A DNA stretch of 64,000 nucleotides from NCBI RefSeq assembly GCF_016432865.1, contig NC_067401.1, positions 189,286,001-189,350,000 on the forward strand, read 5' to 3'. The translations under genes were made by a program, and so were the position numbers. This document shows, piece after piece, positions 59,179 to 64,000 of this stretch; position 1 is the first letter of the stretch, and every line of letters starts with the position of its first letter. Below the pieces are notes generated by a model. The model saw nothing but the letters and a program-made list of their open reading frames with translations. It was not told the origin of the DNA and ran no database searches. Origin of the DNA: Antechinus flavipes. Lineage: Eukaryota.

Positions 59179-59787
59179 TTAGAAGGCTGCCGGATGCTGT
59201 TGGAAAAAGGCGCTGATGTCCATGGTGTAGTCCGGAGGCTCAAAAGTCAAGTTCTGGGACTCCACAAGTGGAGACGCTGGAATGGGGTCGTAGGCAGGTT
59301 CTTCCAGCACTGGAGGCGCTGGACCTTCCTCTTCCGCCATTAAAATCTGACAAAAGACAACAGTGAGGAGGAGGAAAAGGAGTCGTCTGGCTGGATTGGG
59401 GTCTTCTGCAGGTAACTGACGTCGAACCTGAGAAAGAATGTTTTAAAGTAGTAAGAAAAGAAAAACTCAGGCATCCAGCTCTCCCAGCCAGTTTCTGGGA
59501 CCAAAGAGCCAGGTCCTGTGGCCCTACTCTGTCCTTCCAGTTTTTCCTACTTTCTGGGTCTTAAGAGATGGAACACTCACCATTCGAGGGTAGAGGACTC
59601 TGCGGCTGCGCTTGCGAATTACTCCGATTCTGGAGCGGGCGGGTCGGTAAGTGGCAGGCTCCGGGAGGGGGTCGAAAGTAAAGATCTCCGGCCCAGACCT
59701 TCTCCGGGGTCTAGGACTGGGGATAGGACCTGGGGTTGGGGCCACGGTGACCGGCGCAGCAGGGAGGGAACCTCGATTACGACACAT
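59179..59787 (-). CDS. IER3: Immediate early response 3 (IEX-1), 151 aa; exons 59581-59787 and 59179-59427
   Basis: MCRNRGSL...[15 protein letters not shown]...[12 protein letters not shown]|[33 protein letters not shown]...QQHPAAF-stop; single phase-0 GT-AG intron. Confidence 0.97.
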
Positions 59788-59819
59788 AGTGCTTTTGAGG
59801 AGAAGCGAGGAATGCAACT

Positions 59820-60085
59820 TGTTCCTTAAGTAGAGCTAATATGGAGTAAGCTGGGCAGGACCGCCCCCGCCATGTCTTAGCGCTATTGGGTGACAGGGCA
59901 AAAAGCAGGAGGAGAAAGGGAAATTCCTGCATGTTAGGCAAGGCGGAGCGGTGGGAGGTGGAGATAGAGGAGTGAGACGGCGCCTGTATTGCGTGTTCCC
60001 TCGGTGGGAGGGTGATGTGGGGGAAGCTGAGGATTTAGCTGCACCGAAGGTGGGTATGGGCACATGTCCCGACTTGTGGCTTCCA
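59820..60085 (-). promoter_or_regulatory. IER3 promoter with GC box, CCAAT, NF-kB site and p53-type element
   Basis: CCGCCCCCGCC at about 59861-59871, ATTGG 59885-59889, GGGAAATTCC 59918-59927, GCACATGTCC-CGACTTGTGG 60060-60079. Confidence 0.75.
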
Positions 60086-60779
60086 CAAGAATTTAAAGAC
60101 AAAAATACATTGTTATTTATACACAGATAGTCAGCTCAGTCACTGCGGAGAATTACAAAATCAGGGAATTTTCAAGTTGGAAAGAACTTTAAAGGCCATC
60201 TAATCCAACACAATCAAAAGAATTTTCACTATCATGTACCTGACCACTCACAAATTGACGACAGCTCTAATTATTAGGAAGTTGTTTTTTTTTTCTTTTC
60301 AGTGACAGAGCTTAAAGTTGCCTTTACAATTTTCACCCAGTACTTCTGGTTCTACCCACTGGAATCCAACAGAATAAATCTAATCTTTTCTTCTAAGTGA
60401 AAATCTTTTGATTACTTGAAGACCTTATCATATTCCCCCTGAAACTTATTTTCTTTAGGCTAAATATTGCCCGTTTTTTCCACCACTCCTCTTACCACTT
60501 GGATTCCAGCTTCTTCTCTATCCTGGTTGTCTTCCATTGCATACTTTCTAGCTTATCAATATCATTTTAAAACTCTGTATCCTGGAGAATAGTAGGACTA
60601 TTTATTGCTTCCTTAGCCTACACTTCTGTGAATGCATTGTAATGTCAAAGGAAAGGGTATGGGGTCTCCAGTTATAATTTTTCCCCCCCCTTTATGATTG
60701 TGTTTACATTCTTCATTAAATGAACTTATTGAGTATTATGTTTGATATGGACAAACAATATGATACAATGTAATAGAGA

Positions 60780-61140
60780 GTATTTACCATATTTGAAGTC
60801 AGAAGATCTAGACTTTAATCCTTTTTCTATTTATTTTTCCATATGACCCCGAGTAAATCATTTCTCTCTGGGCCTTTGAAAAATGAAGGAGCTGGACTAA
60901 AAGACTGCTAAAGTGAGGAGAGGGAGCATGACTTTTTGAAAAGATTTGGAATCTGAAGATTAAAATTTGAATCCTGACTGCTATATCTTTTCTCCTGGCT
61001 GACACTGGACAAGTGCCTGATACTCCTACCTTTCTGGGCCTCAATTTTCTCATCTTTAAAATGAGATAGTTTAATTCGATGATTTGTAAAGTTTCTTCTT
61101 GCTCTATATCAATGATACAACACAAATCTAAATTCTATGA
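60780..61140 (+). mobile_element. MIR/CORE-SINE remnants (similar remnants at about 1490-1610, 2660-2820, 10170-10290, 10890-11040, 12140-12340, 12890-13050, 30790-30900, 39100-39300, 53900-54060, 57660-57760, 62560-62720, 63190-63290)
   Basis: CORE motifs such as GGGCAAGTCACTTAAC and CCTCAGTTTTCTCATCT(G/T)TAAAATG in degenerate form. Confidence 0.55.
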
Positions 61141-61744
61141 CCCTATATAATACATAGGATACATATCATATCCTATTGAGGGAGATAAGATATATAGCTA
61201 TTTATAGCTACATGTGTAGCTATAAAAACAAAACAATATAAAATAGGTATATATAATATATCTGAGTTTATAATATGTATACATGTTTGGTCTCTGTCAG
61301 TGTAAGCAAGTATTTATTTCTCACTGATGGAGTCAGACTCTGAATCTGGAAAATTCTGTTCTTTGTCTCTTCATGAACTTTATTGAAGATCAGAGTAAAG
61401 GGTATAAAGTTGTCTGATATGTAATGAGCACAATCGTGTGCAAACAGCCTTGTTGCTTTAAAGTTATTGTATGGCTGATTGTGTCTCCATACATATTTTT
61501 TCCTCGGATGTTTCTCCATTTTCGTCTCTGCACTTTGTCTCTGAATTTCCCTGAATATTTGGGAGTGTGGTCTATATTTCTTTGTATTTCTCAGGGTGCC
61601 TGTTATATTGTTGTTGGTTTTCTGGATTTCATACAAATAATATACCTGTATTTTTTTCCCAGTACTTATCCTGGTTTACAATTCTGCCAGTACCTGTACA
61701 TCTTATTGGCTCTGTTTATGTGAATGTTGGTAGATATAATATTC

Positions 61745-62225
61745 ATTCTGTTCTGTCCCTGTTAGACTATATCTGAAATATTGTGTTAAGTTCTCATGTC
61801 ACAGTTTAAGAAGAATATTGAAAAATTGGGAGAGTATTCAGAGGAAAACAACTAAGATAATGAAGGGACTTGAGTCCGTGTCATATGAGCATTAGTTGAA
61901 GTAAATGAGAATGTTTAGCCTGGAGAAGAAAATATACAATGGAACATGATAGCTAGATATCTTCAAGTATTTAAAGGGCTGTCATGTGGAGAAGGGATTG
62001 GATTTGTTCTGATTGACTAGAGAGGGCAGGACTAGGAACTGTAAGGTAGAGAGGCAAATTTAGGCTTGATGTCAGGAAAAACTTTCTAATAGTTAGAGCT
62101 GTCTAAAAAGTTCAATGAATTGAATATAAAAGTGATAGGTTCCCCCTCTTTGAAGAATTTTCATGCAAAGGGTGTGACCTTTCTTGGTGTGTATTTTAAT
62201 AGGGGATTATTTTTCAGGTATATAT
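61745..62225 (+). mobile_element. L3/CR1 LINE 3' fragment
   Basis: CR1-type sequence ...GAGAATGTTTAGCCTGGAGAAGA...CTTCAAGTATTTAAAGGGCTGTCATGTGGAG...AAACTTTCTAATAGTTAGAGCTGTC. Confidence 0.7.
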
Positions 62226-62843
62226 TAAGCTAAATGGCAGATGAAGTCTCTTCAAACTAATTTATGGTTCTATAAACAAACAATTAACATTAGTAGTAAA
62301 CAGTTAGACCATACTTGGAGCATTCAGAGATGGGCATCATATTTTAGGAGTTATATTAACAAACTTCAGTGTAGAGGATGATGACAAAAAAGGTGTAATA
62401 TCAAAACCATGTCCTATGAGACATGGTTGAAAGAATTGGGGAAGTCTATCCTATAGAAGAGAATTGGCTTAGAGGGGACATAACTTCTGTCTTCAGTGGG
62501 GGATGTCATCTGGAAGAAGGATTAGATTTATTATGTACATGTACATATAAAGGCATAAAATATCAGGAACTTGAAACATCCTTAGAGAAAATCTGGTTCA
62601 ATCCTCTCATTTTATATTTATGTGGAAACTGAGGCCTAGAGAAACCTACACAGTTTATTAGTGGCAAAGAATAGCACTAGAGCTAAATCTTCTGCCTTCC
62701 AGGTCAGGAATCTTTCCACCTCATCACAGATTCATTTATCTTTTGTTTATACATATTACTTTTATCATCTTCCCTAATCTATTCTCTCTATCTCTTCTGC
62801 AGACTTATACCTTTTTCACACACATAAGACATTTCTTCCATAT

Positions 62844-62845
<2 letters not shown>

Positions 62846-62879
<34 letters not shown>

Positions 62880-62897
62880 GTATATGTATATGTATAT
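62846..62897. repeat. Compound (CA)n/(TATATG)n microsatellite
   Basis: Direct simple repeats. Confidence 0.9.
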
Positions 62898-62903
62898 ATT
62901 CAG

Positions 62904-63170
62904 TGTAGAGCATATAAGCTAGGACCCTCAGCTAGATTGATTCAAAGAGATTCAGAGGGCAGAGAAGACAGGCAGGAGCTCAAGTTCTCGGAACCAAAGA
63001 GAGAGATAGGCCTCTAAGAAAGCTAACTGGGCTCCAGGAAAGGAGACAAGACTTTGAAAGAGATAATAAAGGATTTGGACTTTAACCCCTGGCTACTTGT
63101 GTGGTGATTACTGAACTGAAACAAAGCCTGCTCCCAGAGACCCCAAGAAAACACAAAAGAGAACATTGCA
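62904..63170 (+). mobile_element. Partial LTR (R-U5-like portion)
   Basis: TATA-like CATATAAG, AATAAA at 63065-63070, CA end; family assignment is from pattern recognition only. Confidence 0.5.
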
Positions 63171-64000
63171 TTGCCTGCTATAACTTTTAAAGTCACTACT
63201 TCTCTGGATTTGAACTTTCCTATCTGTGAAATAAAGGGGTTAGACTAGATGACGTAGGAGGTTTCTTCCTGTTCTAGAATCCTGTGATTCTTCTATAAAT
63301 TACAGGAGGCTGAAGATAATTTTATCAATTATTATCTGTACAATAATGAAGTCTTAGGAAGTTTTATTAAGCTTTTCCTTAATTAGAAGCATTTCTGGAA
63401 CAAGGCATGTGGTCAATATTTGAAAATACCAGTTTCTCCCTACATTTGAAAACTGCACTCATGAAAATTGTACTATCACAGGAAGCTTTCAGTCTTTATT
63501 AAAACATCTGAAAATAGATTTATTCTAAGAATCTACACCCTCAAGTATCATACAGAGGATTTTTTGTTTGTTTGTTTGTTTTTTTGGTATTAGCATGTAT
63601 ATATATATTTTTAAATGATATTAAAAAGGACCTTTCCTGAATATTGTACCCTGGGTGGTTCTGCCTACTTTGCCTTACCCCTAGTTCTTACCTTAAATCT
63701 GATTGGAGGAGCTCTTATTGAGGTCAGGTGATCACTACTATGGATGTCATAGATCAATTTATATATTAAACAGGGAATTAGAACAAATGACTTCTTTTTT
63801 GGCTTTAAGATTCTCTGATTCTCTAATGTGACCTACCTCTCTCAAATGTAGAGAAAATATATAATTGCAAAAAGATACACATTGTATTACAAAGGGGTAC
63901 ACATACATATTTTTACAACCCTCTGCCATGCACATGATACACTCCAGGGACAACTTCACAATCGTTCCAAATTCAAGCAGATACTATTTCTCCCTTCATG

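Noticed and set aside
59788-59817. 10-aa N-terminal extension of IER3 in the ORF track
   Set aside because: It starts at TTG; the homologous start is ATG 59787 (MCRNR).
61201-61226. 12-bp-arm hairpin TTTATAGCTACA-TG-TGTAGCTATAAA
   Set aside because: Short and embedded in low-complexity TA-rich sequence; plausible by slippage or chance.
61268-61776. Several 70-120-aa ORFs in unique-looking sequence next to an L3 fragment
   Set aside because: No recognisable domain or splice structure; probably a decayed repeat.

Overview
Vertebrate genomic DNA, most likely a dasyurid marsupial (Tasmanian-devil-like; inferred from WSINE1-type SINEs, marsupial L1 3' ends and protein divergence). The window is the conserved MHC class I framework block DHX16(-) / PPP1R18(-) / NRM(-) / MDC1(-) / TUBB(+) / FLOT1(-) / IER3(-). 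I resolved all coding exons by hand using GT-AG boundaries and phase; DHX16 runs off the left edge. Introns and intergenic DNA are rich in L1, L2, L3/CR1, MIR, WSINE1 and solo LTRs, several with clear target-site duplications (TSDs). Main observations: (1) a 584-bp TG...CA element at 40581-41164 with perfect 202-bp inverted arms around a SINE, flanked by a 6-bp direct repeat; (2) a second 44-bp-arm foldback palindrome at 33971-34060; (3) a compact MDC1 (about 1296 aa vs 2089 in human) with no PST tandem array, only two TQxF motifs, and an 85%-identical copy of an exon piece stranded in an upstream intron; (4) only 485 nt between the MDC1 stop and the NRM start; (5) an early stop in the last FLOT1 exon. 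Comparisons with human/mouse proteins and repeat-family names are from memory, not database searches.
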